64,000 bases of DNA from NCBI GenBank assembly GCA_036172245.1, contig JAYWIR010000054.1, forward strand, positions 620,001 to 684,000, read 5' to 3'. The notes beneath the pieces were generated by a model, which worked only from the letters and a program-made list of their open reading frames with translations, had not been told where the DNA came from and made no database searches. This document shows positions 48,461-60,937 of the stretch, in pieces. The DNA comes from Raillietiella orientalis. Lineage: Eukaryota. Each line of letters starts with the position of its first letter. Position 1 is the stretch's first letter. Both the position numbers and the translations under genes were made by a program.

Positions 48461-51400
48461 TAAGTGCCATCATCTTATCCATGGATGACCCACGGGGGTC
48501 GTCCATTCAACACGGGCTGGAATTTGAACACCTCCATCTTCCACTTCAGCTTTTGAATACAGCTACTTCGGACGTATTTCTTCATTTTATTTGTGTCTTG
48601 GAATGGAACTCCGATTTGCACCAAAACTCATGGGACACTGTTCATTTGGTGTTCTATTTTCATGCTTTGAAAAGTCATTTTTAAAACATCAAGACGAAAC
48701 GTGCACTTGAATGATTAACATTTCAGTGTGCAGGTTTGTTTGTTTGTTTTCTAGGAAAATAAAGAAAAAAAGGTCGTTTCGATGACTATAGAAATTCCTT
48801 GCAGTCGGCTTTTTGTCTGTCTCTTAAAAGGTACAAAGCGTGCACACTGAAGACTGAAACTGCAATTACCCACGAAATTTCAGCAAAGACAAACTCGACA
48901 GCTCCTACTTTGATCTTCCCAGAGAGCTCTTCAGGTAACTCCACCGAACTGTGAGTAATCGGGATATTAACTATTTCAACCTAATGATGTCTGTGGGCAT
49001 TTTAGACAGCCCCAAAGTCGGAGTGTGCGTATTCTTCGCACTTTGACGCCCTTTGGTTTTCCAAATTGTTTGGAAATCCTTTATTCGTGATCTTCAGATT
49101 TTGGAAAATTCCTCGGAAAAACACGAAACCTCGACTCCAGACCACTTTGAGCCTGAGAGAGAACAAATCGTGTGGCTAGCAGTTAACAAGACGCTGTGGA
49201 TGATGTGGTACGGTAGACAAATTAGATGGTATCGAAGGATACGTAAGTCCGAGGAAACGGCACAACTCGTGATAATTTCGAAATCTGACGGCTAATACGA
49301 AGTGTAAGTTGTGGCGGTCATCCGAGGTCCGAAAAGAATAAAATCCAGTGGAAGGGAAGAAGAGAAGAGCTTCCCACGGGGCAAACCGCGCGACTGAGAA
49401 GCCCTACACCAAACACGCAGATGCACATGGAAATCTCAGGGCAGGATCGACATTCCAATTCCTGAGGATGATTTGCAGGCAAAGACTGCCGTTGGAACTT
49501 GGAATAAAATATGTAAAAACACTCCTGTCAAACTCGGTATTTTTTCCAGGAAAAGTTTAACGAGGAGGGTACGAATGGAAAAGGAAAATGAAAGAAGAAG
49601 GGGGGAGGGGGGGGGGGAGGAAATCAACAGGGACACTGAATTACCACTTATCCGTCCGAGATTGCTTTCCTCGCCCCTTTCCCCAGACGATGGAATTTGC
49701 CATACCTTTGGAAAGAAAATGAATCTCATTTGGTTTCGAGAGCCATAAAGGACCTTCAGCACCACACAAATGTTTGTAATGAATCACGCTCGGCGTACAA
49801 GTACCAGAGTGGACCAGGCACCTGAGGCAGACACGATGACTCAGTAAATACATAAACCTCCATCGTGTTCAAACTTGCAAAGGGCTATTGGGATTTTATG
49901 TGTTCTTTACAGCAAGGGAGAACTGAAAACTGCCGGTTGGCTTGGTGTAGAACTTCCATCCAAATTTCGAATGTGGACTCCAGTAATTGCAACTCGTGTA
50001 AAAAGTGAATGCCTGTCTGCACCGTTTTCAAGTGGGGGGGGGGGGAATGGCAAAGTAATAACAGGAAATAGGTAGCAAAGAAATCAAACAGAATATATAT
50101 ATATATAAAAAAAATAGCCAGATATAAATACGAAAACTACAAAGTATGAAGAGGGCTAGATACAAAGCCAGAAAAGAGTACAATTCAAGAGCAGCTTTGT
50201 GCACCAACCTGCAGATGAAATAACACCTTGGGAACTGCATAGGGAGTGAGATTTGGGGGTGGCACGAAGGAGCAGCAGCAAATTCAGCAACAAGTTGGTC
50301 AAGTTTGCAACCAACATGATACATGATGACCTTGCAATGACAAGTGTAGGTTTGAAGGATTGCAATACGGTTCAAACATGGCATGAAAACTAAGGGTTTT
50401 TAAACTAGTTATCTGGCATTTTCGAATTTGCTTCCTTTCAGTAAGAGGAAAAAGAATTTTTGTTTTTTCTGGATGAATTTCACAGAGTTCACGTTTTTTT
50501 CCCTTCTGTAATCTGAAATACTCATGTTCAAAACACTGTAGCCCTTTGCAAACGGTTACACTCTTTTTCGAGTCCAGTGTGTTGTTTTCTCCATCGAGTT
50601 GTTCTTACGTCTTTCACTAACACATATCACTTTGCGAGTTAGTAGTTTTGTAAATTACTTTATTTGACTTCCTGCTTTATGAATTGCCACGATTTCGTGT
50701 TGCGTTTTTTTTTGCTGTTGAAAAATATATACGCTGCACGAAATTTGCTAATAAATCAAAATTTATCTTTGCGCTTTACATATCGAAATGCCGTTTTATC
50801 TTACTCTAGTTGAGCTATAAACCCATACGTATTCCGAAAATGAAAAGCTTTATGTAACATAGGTATTGAGACCGGCCCGCAAGGCCTCAATGAGTACTGA
50901 TTTTTTTCACGAGGGTGTTCCCTCCAATTATGCTCCTATCACGTTTTGCGAATTTCAGTAGCCATGTGCAAGTTAAATAATGCATTTGCCTTTTTAACGT
51001 ATACCACTTGAGAAACCTTGAATTGCAAAGTTTTTTGAGTCTTCAAGTGTTCTGTGACTAACTGTGTTCTTTGCTCCTCTCATGAATTATGCAAGCTTGA
51101 TTTGAAAGCAATGTGCATGTCAATTGAAAGTAGCATGATTCTTGACCAAACTTTCAGTCCAGTTAAGTTTTTTGTTTTTCTGCAAATGCTAAAATCCATG
51201 TTTTACAATTGGGCATCTGGCATATTAAGGTAACAAACATATTACAGCAAAAAAAAAAAAAAAAAAAAAAACATATTACAGTATGAAGTTTAAATGTGAC
51301 AATTTTGGTTGCCATGTGACCAAGATATACAGAAACAAAATGAAGCATGCACACTTGACACGCAAAGTTACGAAAATCCCATGCAAAACTGCTAACCAAG

Positions 51401-51759
51401 AATGCTCAAATCCACCCACTACATGTATTGTTCATTCTATAATGTTACTTGTGCACACTGCACGCAAACATTTTCAGGTCATCACATGACCTTCATATGG
51501 CAGTGAGTCTCAAATTGCTAACAATCTTGAGGTATGTCAATATATCTTTCTGACTGGCTAGGTTAAATATTGCAAACACTGGAATTACTGAATACACTTG
51601 GGATGCCAATGTCAAAAATAATGCTGACTAGAATACTTTTAACATCTGATGAAAATTTTTCATAGAATTCATTTGGCAAATGATTTATGTAATGTTCGGC
51701 ATTAATCCTCATGTATGAATAAGCCAACACCTGCCAAGAATGGTAATGTGGATCACAAG

Positions 51760-54700
51760 TTAAGATTTCAACAAAGGAGTTCTCTCCGTGTCCTCTTCTG
51801 TTGTAACTGCAGAAGGGTGTTCTTCACAGTGCTGAGAAGAAAGGCCCAACTAGAATGCAAGTATTATGAAGCAAACAGTCATTTCGGATGCATACATTTT
51901 GTTTATGCAGCTGCCACAAATACTGAGCTCCTAAGCTGAAGTTGTCTGAATTGATGCCAGCAAACAGTGTATGCTGGTCACGAGGCACAGGTGAGATGAG
52001 AGATTGTACATCCTGGGGACACACACCCAATGTGTTGCTGAGCCTACAACAAATTAAAACGAATAACGCTGTTATTTACATACATGCCCAAGAGTCCTCC
52101 AGAAGCCTGACCACCAGGCCCTTCCATATGATGGACTGCTCCTCTAAGGTTTGCAGAAGCATATGAATTGGAATTCATCCAGTCAGGCCGCAAAATACTA
52201 CTGGCCATAAGAGAAAACTGGCACAACAATAAAGAAACTGCATAGTTAACTTACAGCTGCTCCTGAAGACAGCAATGTATTGACTGACTGGAAAAGATCC
52301 CCTTTAGGCATAGCTTGTAGGTTGATCAGATCATGTTGGATAAGACCCTGTACTTGACATAAGTATTCCTGGGATGAAGCAGGAGGTCTCCAGTGAGGGT
52401 TAGCAGTCACAAAACGCATTAAAGAAAGTTCTGTCTTGCCATCCTCTGTGTGGAACTGAGTATCAGTTGGGACTGATGGTGCATGGCTTGCTGGATGAGG
52501 AGCCCAACTGGGATGTCCATGGCGTCCCACATCCAGCTGTGAAAAAGAGCATACATCTCCAACATTGGCCACTTCCACAGTAAAATTGCGAAAAAAATCT
52601 ACAATGTCAAGTGCCCGGGGACGTACATGAAAGCACAGAATGAAAGGAGTGATGATGGGAGAGAGAAGTTCCTGGAGCAAGTAGACCTACATGGTGTGAG
52701 CAACAGCTAAAGAACCATATGATACTAACAAATTTATACTGGAACAAATTGGCAAATTCTTTCCGTACTTGGGAAGTGTGCGCTCGCCCAATCCAGTGGT
52801 CCGGTGCATAATGTATATGGCCCAATATTGCTTGGAAAAGGGCTTCTGGACACCAAACTTTGTTTTCATCAGGAATAAAAACCCTTATTTGAAAGAATAC
52901 TGCCTGAGGGCCAATGAATGCACATTAATCCTGCTTACCGGAATCCTGAAACAATCACACCCAGGATAGTTATAATAGTTAATACATGATCAACAGCTAA
53001 CACATCTTCATCATATACTGTCAGCAGAAGGAGGACTGCTAGCACAGCACCAGTTATATGCACAACAAATCTAACCAACATATAATTGCATTTCAGTTTG
53101 CTACCTGCTCAGAATGCCTAAAGAAGGAGACACAAAAAGTTCCATGTACTTGGCTGCCATCCTATAACCTCTATTCAGACGTGCTTGAAATTCAAAATCC
53201 AATTCATTATAATGACGCAGATAACTCCGAGAATACAAGGACCAGCAACGAGTACCCAAAAACCCAGGTTCTCTTTTTAAATGCTATCCAGCAAATAAAT
53301 TTTTTTTTGTGGGAAGTACTACTCACATCTGCATATTTGAAAAAAGCATACAACAGTTGCCAGAAAAGAACAAAAGGAGAAAATAATAAATTGACTACTC
53401 CAACCCATAAAATAACTTTTGACATAGTTTGAGCCAATTCATGACGCCGCTGTGCTTTTTTAAAATCTCCATGTAAATGCCAACTATTTTCAAATGGTGA
53501 CCATGGTCCCCCTAAACAACAAATGTTGTTTTCTAGGCATCTCTACTCACAAAACAAGATGAAATCTAAATTCATCTTCAATGTCCGGCTCAAATATACC
53601 ATCTCTCCTAATATAGGAACATGGAACTTTAAAGGTATTACAGCTCTGCTGATTAAAGCAACTCGATAGTTCTGAAACCTACCCAAATCAAACATGGAAG
53701 ATGATAATACTACTGCATTCACTGACCTTAAAATTCGACTGTAAATGTCCAATTCTGTCAGACTGCAACTATGGATACACATTTGCTGTTCATGCTGAAC
53801 TTCAATGAGTTTCTGGATTATTTCATGCCATGTTAAATTGCAGAGATCCTTCTGAAATTTATTTGCATCATACACTGGACACAAAATTAAGACATTTATT
53901 CTTCTTATATCACTAAAATGCAAGATTATGCACTACATATAATTAGGGGAAAAAAAAACTACACTCACATCTTGTATATTTAAGGCACAGTTAAAGAAAC
54001 TTTTAATTTTCCACATCTGGATGAAATGATAGAAAGATTTCCCCAAAAAACATATTTTAAAAGCTATTGCACTGGTCACCAGTAATTTTAGCCATGCTCC
54101 ATCTACATATGTATAGCATTTCTCAATAATAATATCAGATATATGAATCTTTTCGTTTATCGATACTCCATTTCTGAAAATAGCAATCATACCGTTCAAA
54201 TATTTATAAAAAAAAATGGCAATCTCCTTTGATTTATAAAATAACAAAATGCAAGATTATATGTCATACCTAAAAAGCAGGGAATAGTTCACACATTGTA
54301 GCAAGAAAATTATGAACGTAAGAATGAAAAGAAACTGTAGCAAATCCAGTACTTCTTTTAAAACTATACAGAAAAATCCACATTTCTGATGATATAAGTA
54401 CACACTTGTAAAAAATGCATCCAAATCTCCAATGTGATTCCACTGAGCTGAAAGATATTCACTGCAAATAACATACTATGCAAGCTTCCATAACAATCAC
54501 GTATTCAAAGTATTTTAATCCAAATACTGATGTCTGATGGACATTCAAAAATAGTTAAGTGTATCACTTTCATGAAATACATCATGCATTTGTAACTGCG
54601 AAACTAATATTTCAGTTGAGTACTGTACACATAACTTTCGTACATTTAATCAAACGCTAAGCAAAACTGATGGGTCAATCTTTTCCTTTCATAAAATAAT

Positions 54701-54817
54701 TAACGTACTTTTCCCATGTTCAGGTACATGTATCATCACAGTTTGTGGAGTTTCCTCCGTATCATTTTCATCTTCTTCATCTTCATTCGATGAAGTATAA
54801 ATACTTTTATATTTCAT
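51760..54817 (-). CDS. ATG9: Autophagy-related protein 9 (lipid scramblase), 13 coding exons, 732 aa
   Basis: Exons (minus strand): 54709-54817, 54270-54447, 53969-54173, 53727-53851, 53551-53678, 53327-53511, 53105-53283, 52939-53070, 52730-52883, 52255-52686, 52084-52217, 51896-52043, 51760-51849. Total 2199 nt, all GT-AG and in phase. Motifs: WNHIGDLDAFF, LTELDIYSRILRFQNY, LRHYNEL, HIHYAPDHW, DFFRNFTVEVANVGDVCSFSQLDV, GKTELSLMRF. Confidence 0.96.
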
Positions 54818-55049
54818 ATTTCCCAACACAAACAACGTCAAACATGAACTATCTAATCATATAAAAGGCACACATTCTATGTTACAAACTACAGTGCACA
54901 TACACAAAGACGCTGGATGTTTTTTCAATTTATGAAACAGGTAAAGCAGTATTACCAAAATTGTCAAATATTTATGAGCTTAAATTTCAAGAAATTGAAT
55001 GAAAAAATTACTGAAATCCGTCCATAGAATAGACTATTGAGCTAGTAAG

Positions 55050-55850
55050 TCTTATATTACATAAGTTGCTTTACTCAATAATTTACACCGTTAAAATCTG
55101 CTCTGAATCAGCTCTGACAAAACACAGGGGCAATGATTACATATTTTATTCAGTACATGAACATGGCTCCCGCTTTCGGGAAAAGTTCATAAAACCAGTT
55201 TCATCGATAAGTTTGTATATCACCATTGAGGTTGAGGAAAATAAAATTCATCATATTACCATCGGGAAAAAATTCTATTTTAATTCAGATGTATTTTCTT
55301 ACGTAACCGATGTTTACAAAGCAACAAGATTTGTATCAAAAATTTGTATGCAATAGAGTATCAGTGACGAATTTATTTATTATAATCTTCTGTAATACTG
55401 GAAACAAATTTGCGCATTTAGATTATAAATGTATTTGAAGAGGGTTCTGAAAAAATTCCAAAGTATCACGATGAAGTCTATTTTGAAATAAGATTTCAGA
55501 TTTTTCTTGGAGATATTTCCAGTACTTCAATCTGATATTCAAGAAGATCACCATAGCTTGCGAACAGTCAGAATTTCACTAAAGTATGGGCTAATAATAT
55601 AAAATCATAAACTTTGCAAGATGTTGACAAAACTGAAATAATAAATATTCGCCGAAATACATCCTTGTAAAGAAATATGCTTTTGTTGAGCAAAGTTTCA
55701 ACATCTACCATTTTTTTGCATGAAAAAATAACAGCAATACATTGAATGAATATTTGCACGGCAAATTCCAGAAAAATTCTAGAGAAACTCGTACCATATC
55801 TTGAGAAACGCTAAACACAGTTCAAGATTCTGGTTTTCCAAACTCAAAAT
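55050..55850 (+). mobile_element. AT-rich decayed hAT transposase C-terminal half between ATG9 and the zinc-finger gene
   Basis: DYIFYSV..GSRFREKF, DVFSYVTDVYK...ICMQ (cf. DLAYLTDIF..LQ), FEIRFQIF (cf. FExRFxDF); stops and frameshifts. Confidence 0.4.
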
Positions 55851-56779
55851 TACTTATTGCGTCATGGAATAATAAAAAATGAGACAGAAGTATACTCAGA
55901 ATAATCAATTACTCATACTGAAAATGATCGTTTCTGCTTTTCCTAAGTGTTTCATTTTCCAAAACCCATAAATTTGGATCTTTCGCTATCAGAATTGCAT
56001 TGGCACTTTCGTTATTTCTTCCTCTCCAAGCTTGCAGATGCTCTACTGAACATATGTATATTGTAATAACACTGTAAAAAAAATGCACTTCTCGCATTGC
56101 ACATTTTAGTTAGTCTTTATTTTGCATGTGTAATCAGAAAGGGTGCTCCTAGTTCTCTGCACAATTTCAACGTAATCCCATCCCAGCTTTTCACTCTTCT
56201 ATTTTATCAGCATTTTGATAGTTCTAGATATGTAGGCAGAAAACTTTGATCTTTGTTTCTTGAAATCTGTATTCTGGAAGGAAGCCACTATTTGTGCATT
56301 CAAATTGTGTTTTAAACGTAGTAGTAATGTCATCTTAACTTATGTAAGAACACAGGTTATTTTGACTCCTAAAAATATAAACTATTAGAATTGACATTAT
56401 GGGTACATAGGCTGAAAGAAATGCATAAGTGTTGTATAAAAACAAAATCGTTTAGGAGAAATCATTTCAAATGCTGTTTTAGCTTTTTTAATGTATTTGT
56501 TCCTATGAATGAAATTAAGTGGGACTTCGTTTATTAACTCATAGAAAAAAAACTTATCAGAAACTCTTTGATTATTCAATGTTGAAGTTTACTGTCCGTA
56601 GGGGAGGTTTTCAACACGTGTTTATATACAGGCACATAGGAATAATGCTTTAGATTGTTTAAGATTCGAATAAATAGATGTATTGTAACAGCAGCTCATT
56701 ATTATTTTATTGCTCTTGCAATTATATTCATAAGGAATCATGTGATTTACGAATACATAATAGTGAGGAAGTACGATGA

Positions 56780-57270
56780 CCAATTGCATTAATTCCGAGC
56801 GGGACCTAACATCGAATGTTCCTTTCGACTTTCCGTTTTTTCGTTTGGAGCGGATGGAATTAATTTCGATTAGCATGTCCAAGCATTAATGTGTCCAATT
56901 TCGATTAATATGTATAATTTGGACCATAATCGTTGTGTTTCCTATCCTATGATTAGTTGTTAAACTCGGATCGCAGCAGTGACTTTGACTTTATGTCATA
57001 TAGGCACAAAATTCTTCCGGGTGGACTGGTACACAATTCTTCATTGTTAACTGCACAGTTTCGGGACTGGGGTTGGAAGTTTTCTAGCGCATAAGTTTGA
57101 ACCCACTTCGAGACGTTCTCCGGTGAATGCCTGCTTCTACGAGTACTAAAGTTACAATTGGGTTGGAATACTTGTCGGATGGAGAGAGATAAAGACGAAC
57201 CCACCCAGCAATAAATTTGTTGCTTTTTTTCCCGAAAAGTACCATAACCGGAAAAAGTGCCGAAACCAAA
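56780..57270. promoter_or_regulatory. CpG-retaining patch, candidate bidirectional promoter of ATG9 and the zinc-finger gene
   Basis: CG dinucleotides are frequent here but scarce in both flanking gene bodies, and the patch lies between two divergent genes. Confidence 0.45.
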
Positions 57271-57349
57271 CTGACCAATGTGATACAGTCAACCTTTGAG
57301 TTGTATTCCTCCTCAGACTTTTTTCTGTGTCCAAAAACATGCATTCATT

Positions 57350-59101
57350 ATGAATCCAGATCTGCAGTGTCATATTTGTGGTATCTCATGTGTCGGTGGA
57401 GCTCAGCTGCAACAACATTTTGCAGGAAAAAAACATAAGGCTGTATGCCAGCAGAAAGGATTGGAAGTTGATGACTTCAGAAATTCTCCTGTGGCTGGCA
57501 ACACGAATGTTAAATGTACTACAAGTGCCCACCAAGTGAACTCGCAAAACACAACTGAATACTGTTGCAAACAAAATTCTGTGGGATACAGTGAGCAACA
57601 GAAGCTACAGTGTGTTCTCCAGAATGATTGTAATAGGTTGATTAAAACTAGTACTTCTCAAGTGTCACATCATACCGATCTTTCGGAACAAAATGCAAGC
57701 ACAGCATTTGCTTGTGACACCTGTTCAATCACATGCTCAGGACAAAAACAATTTGAGGAACATCTCCAAGGTAAACGACATCTTCATAAACTCCGTTCCA
57801 TAGCCATGTGCAATTCACAGCCTGTGAATTTTACTCAGGTCACAGAATCTACTGCGGTATGTTCTGTGAATCAAGCAACTGTGCTTGAGCATAACCAACC
57901 TTCTGTGCATAAAGGATTACAGGCATCAGGAAATGCTCAACCACTTGAAGCTACGAAACTTTCTCCTGTGACCACTACAGCTGTTGATAATTCAGAGTTT
58001 TCTTGCAAGATTTGTGGCATAACTTGCAATGGTAAGGTGCCCTTTCAAGAGCATTTGAAAAGCAAGCACCACTTGCAGAAAGAGAATTCCAGTAAAGGGG
58101 ATCAAGTAATTCATAATTCACCCTCAACAGACAGTGACTTACAAAAACAAAAAATCAGTAATGATTCAGTTATAGAAGACACAAGTGAAAGATCGGAGAA
58201 TAATGATACTTCCAGCATTGTAAAAAGTAGTTCAATAACTTCATTTCCTTCCTTAAGTGTAACCTACACAAAGAATGTCTTTGCTACCAGACAGCCTCAA
58301 AACTTCAGTTGCTTCATTTGCGATATTCACTGTTTCGGAAAACAGCCATTTGAACAACATCTACGTGATGTAAATCATCAGCAAAAATTACAGCAGAATC
58401 TTAAACAAACCAGCCTATCGTTATTCGACGAGGTTGTTGTGAGTACAGTGAAAGAAGGTATAAGCAAACAAAGTGACTTTAGTGTTATGCAGAATACTTT
58501 GCCCAGTGGCTTACAGAACTCTCTTCTGACTTCTGAAGAAATGAAAGCTTCCATAAATGGTTCAGAACATCTTCAAATAAATAAGCAGGATAAACCAGAC
58601 AATGTAGATTTGTGCTTAAATGAGACAATAGGCAGACTTGAGAATCTTTGTCTTAGCGATTCACCTGATCCCATTCCCAATACTGATGAAATTCTCCAAT
58701 GTGATTTCATTTGTACTTCTTGTAATAATAGTTACGATTCTTTTACAGATTGGGTTGCTCATTTGAACATGAGTTGTGCCTTAGCTTTTGATGTAAGTAG
58801 TGAGCAATCTCATTTGGAAGAAACTAACATTTCTGAAGGTCGTAATCTAAATAGTAAGTTAGGAAACCGTGATTTTGATCAAGATAGTCGTGACTTGGAT
58901 CACAGTGAAGGTGCTGCATCTAAAGGGGAGAATGGTAAATATCCGAATAATATTTCTTGTAATGTACCTCAATCTAATATGTACATGTTACAATCACCAT
59001 ACAACCATTTAGTTACTGAAATAGGAAGAAATAGGAACTGTGCACTGCTTTCATTACTGCAAAGTCAAAATAATAATTTGATTTTGAGAAACAAAAATTA
59101 A
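57350..59101 (+). CDS. Matrin/U1-type C2H2 zinc-finger protein (ZNF385/ZNF346/ZMAT-like), 583 aa unspliced form
   Basis: 1752-nt ORF in AT-rich DNA with first ATG at 57350. Four widely spaced C-x2-C-x12-H-x5-H fingers (CHIC..HFAGKKH, CDTC..HLQGKRH, CKIC..HLKSKHH, CFIC..HLRDVNH) plus a C2HC-like fifth (CTSC..HLNMSC). AATAAA at 59231. Confidence 0.9.
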   Translation: MNPDLQCHICGISCVGGAQLQQHFAGKKHKAVCQQKGLEVDDFRNSPVAGNTNVKCTTSAHQVNSQNTTEYCCKQNSVGYSEQQKLQCVLQNDCNRLIKTSTSQVSHHTDLSEQNASTAFACDTCSITCSGQKQFEEHLQGKRHLHKLRSIAMCNSQPVNFTQVTESTAVCSVNQATVLEHNQPSVHKGLQASGNAQPLEATKLSPVTTTAVDNSEFSCKICGITCNGKVPFQEHLKSKHHLQKENSSKGDQVIHNSPSTDSDLQKQKISNDSVIEDTSERSENNDTSSIVKSSSITSFPSLSVTYTKNVFATRQPQNFSCFICDIHCFGKQPFEQHLRDVNHQQKLQQNLKQTSLSLFDEVVVSTVKEGISKQSDFSVMQNTLPSGLQNSLLTSEEMKASINGSEHLQINKQDKPDNVDLCLNETIGRLENLCLSDSPDPIPNTDEILQCDFICTSCNNSYDSFTDWVAHLNMSCALAFDVSSEQSHLEETNISEGRNLNSKLGNRDFDQDSRDLDHSEGAASKGENGKYPNNISCNVPQSNMYMLQSPYNHLVTEIGRNRNCALLSLLQSQNNNLILRNKN

Positions 59102-60551
59102 GTCAAACCTCTTTGATGTTCACAGTACTGTTTGGCTTATGAGTTTATTGAGTTTATTTTATCATCTGTTGCTTGCATTCTGAAGATAGACCTCATAATA
59201 ATATTGTACATAAGTTTGATACTTCATGGTAATAAAGATCTCAGTTTCTTCAGTCTGGTAGAGTATCTCTTTGCTCATCCAATAGCAGTTCTGTCCAGCA
59301 TATTTTGATTCCTGTAGTTTTTTGATCTATTAAGCAAGTGCAATTTACTTAAATGATCTCACTAATAAAGCGGATTGAGTCCTGAAATCAATAAATGTTT
59401 TTAAATCTGCAGTTATATTTTTATGATGCATTGCTTTAACATATGCATATGAAACATAAATATAAATGCTTGAATAAACTGGAACCAAAAAAATAAGGCA
59501 GCCCCTGCACAGAAGCTCCCAAATATGCTGGAACTTTCGAATTAAACATGCGTGAATTAAGTGTTAAGAGAAAGACCATCAACAGCAGAATCATCAAGAA
59601 TCTGTTTTTCATTTTTGCATGCTGTTCTTATGTACTTCATGAAACATGCATATTTGTGTATACTGTGTAAGCTCCAGTTGTTTGATAAAACTGTCAAAGG
59701 CCTCCTAAATCCTGTTTATTGTTGTCATGCATTATAATCTTTTGTCTACTTTTCCATACATATAAAAGTTCTGTGTTTTATCCTTGTCTTTCCTTCCATG
59801 TACGTATGTATTCAACAGTTGCAGTTTTCTGTAAATCAGATCATTGCAGTATTGCTTAGCATTTATTTGAAGTCCTTTCTGGTTTTTGCTCAAGGTGGAA
59901 TTAGTTTATTTTGTCTCCTTATGCTTTTTCATAATTTTGAACTACAGTCAATTATTATTGGAGTAAGCAAGTTTGCTAAGGTTTGCTCCACAGTGCTCAG
60001 TGATCAGCTTCTTTAGCTACATCTGCAAGCTGATTTGTTTTCCTTGTTGTTTGTGAAAGTTACTGGGAATCTGTATCAGATGTGAAAGGCTTGTAGAGTT
60101 ACTTAAGCTGGGTTAAAATTGTGTGGTTTAGGGATTCTAAAGCTAATAAACAATTGTTAATCCTGTTTGGCATGCACATATGATACGTGTTTTTTTTTTC
60201 ATCTTTCCATTACTCGAAAAGATGTACGATTTAATGATGATGCATGCCCATCAAATGTTTTTACTGCTAAGATGAAACATGAAAAGAGCATTCAGTTTTT
60301 GTAAAATTTCCTTCACACTTTTGCCAAGATTGGATTTGTATGAAAAGAAATAATTTGGAAAATTAGGTCCTTAAACCAATAGCAAATAACTGCTTGAGTG
60401 GTGACTTTCATGTGAGTTTTTTCTCTGTGCAAGAAACTTGTACTAAGAAAAATCTCGTGTTAGTATCAAATGTGTTCATTGATGAGTTCATATTCTGTTA
60501 ATATTTTGATCAGAATCTTTTCATGCCACTGATGTTGAATTATCCTTGTAG

Positions 60552-60937
60552 CAAATTTCCTTGGAATCCAAGGACAGCAGCCTCAATTAATATCTGGGAG
60601 CCCACAGGATAGTTTACAGAAGATTATCCACTGTGAGGGTAATGCTATAAAAAAACATTATGAAACAACTGATGGTCAACCGCTATCAGAAGAGCAAAAT
60701 TCAGAAATAATGAAGCAGAAGCAGGTGCACATCCACTCTGTGCTTCAAAAAATGGAAGCTTTGGTGCAGTGGTTGAAAAACTGCAACATTCCAGTCCCTT
60801 TAGATACTAGACCTGTGTCTTGTGAACCTTTGCACACAGCTCCTGATTTCACTCCATTAGCTGAAAATTTTACAATCATATCAGCATTTGAGACTTTGAA
60901 GCAAAAATTCCATTTTAAAATTCAAATTCCTACCTGA
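60552..60937 (+). CDS. Probable (alternative) terminal coding exon of the zinc-finger gene
   Basis: Acceptor tatccttgtag at 60541-60551, about 128 open codons to TGA at 60937, AATAAA at ~60980. In phase with donor G|GTAAAT at 58934/58935, giving 656 aa. Confidence 0.6.

Noticed and set aside
54817..54845. Upstream ATG at 54845 as the ATG9 start
   Set aside because: It is out of frame by 28 nt and stops after 12 codons; at most an overlapping uORF.
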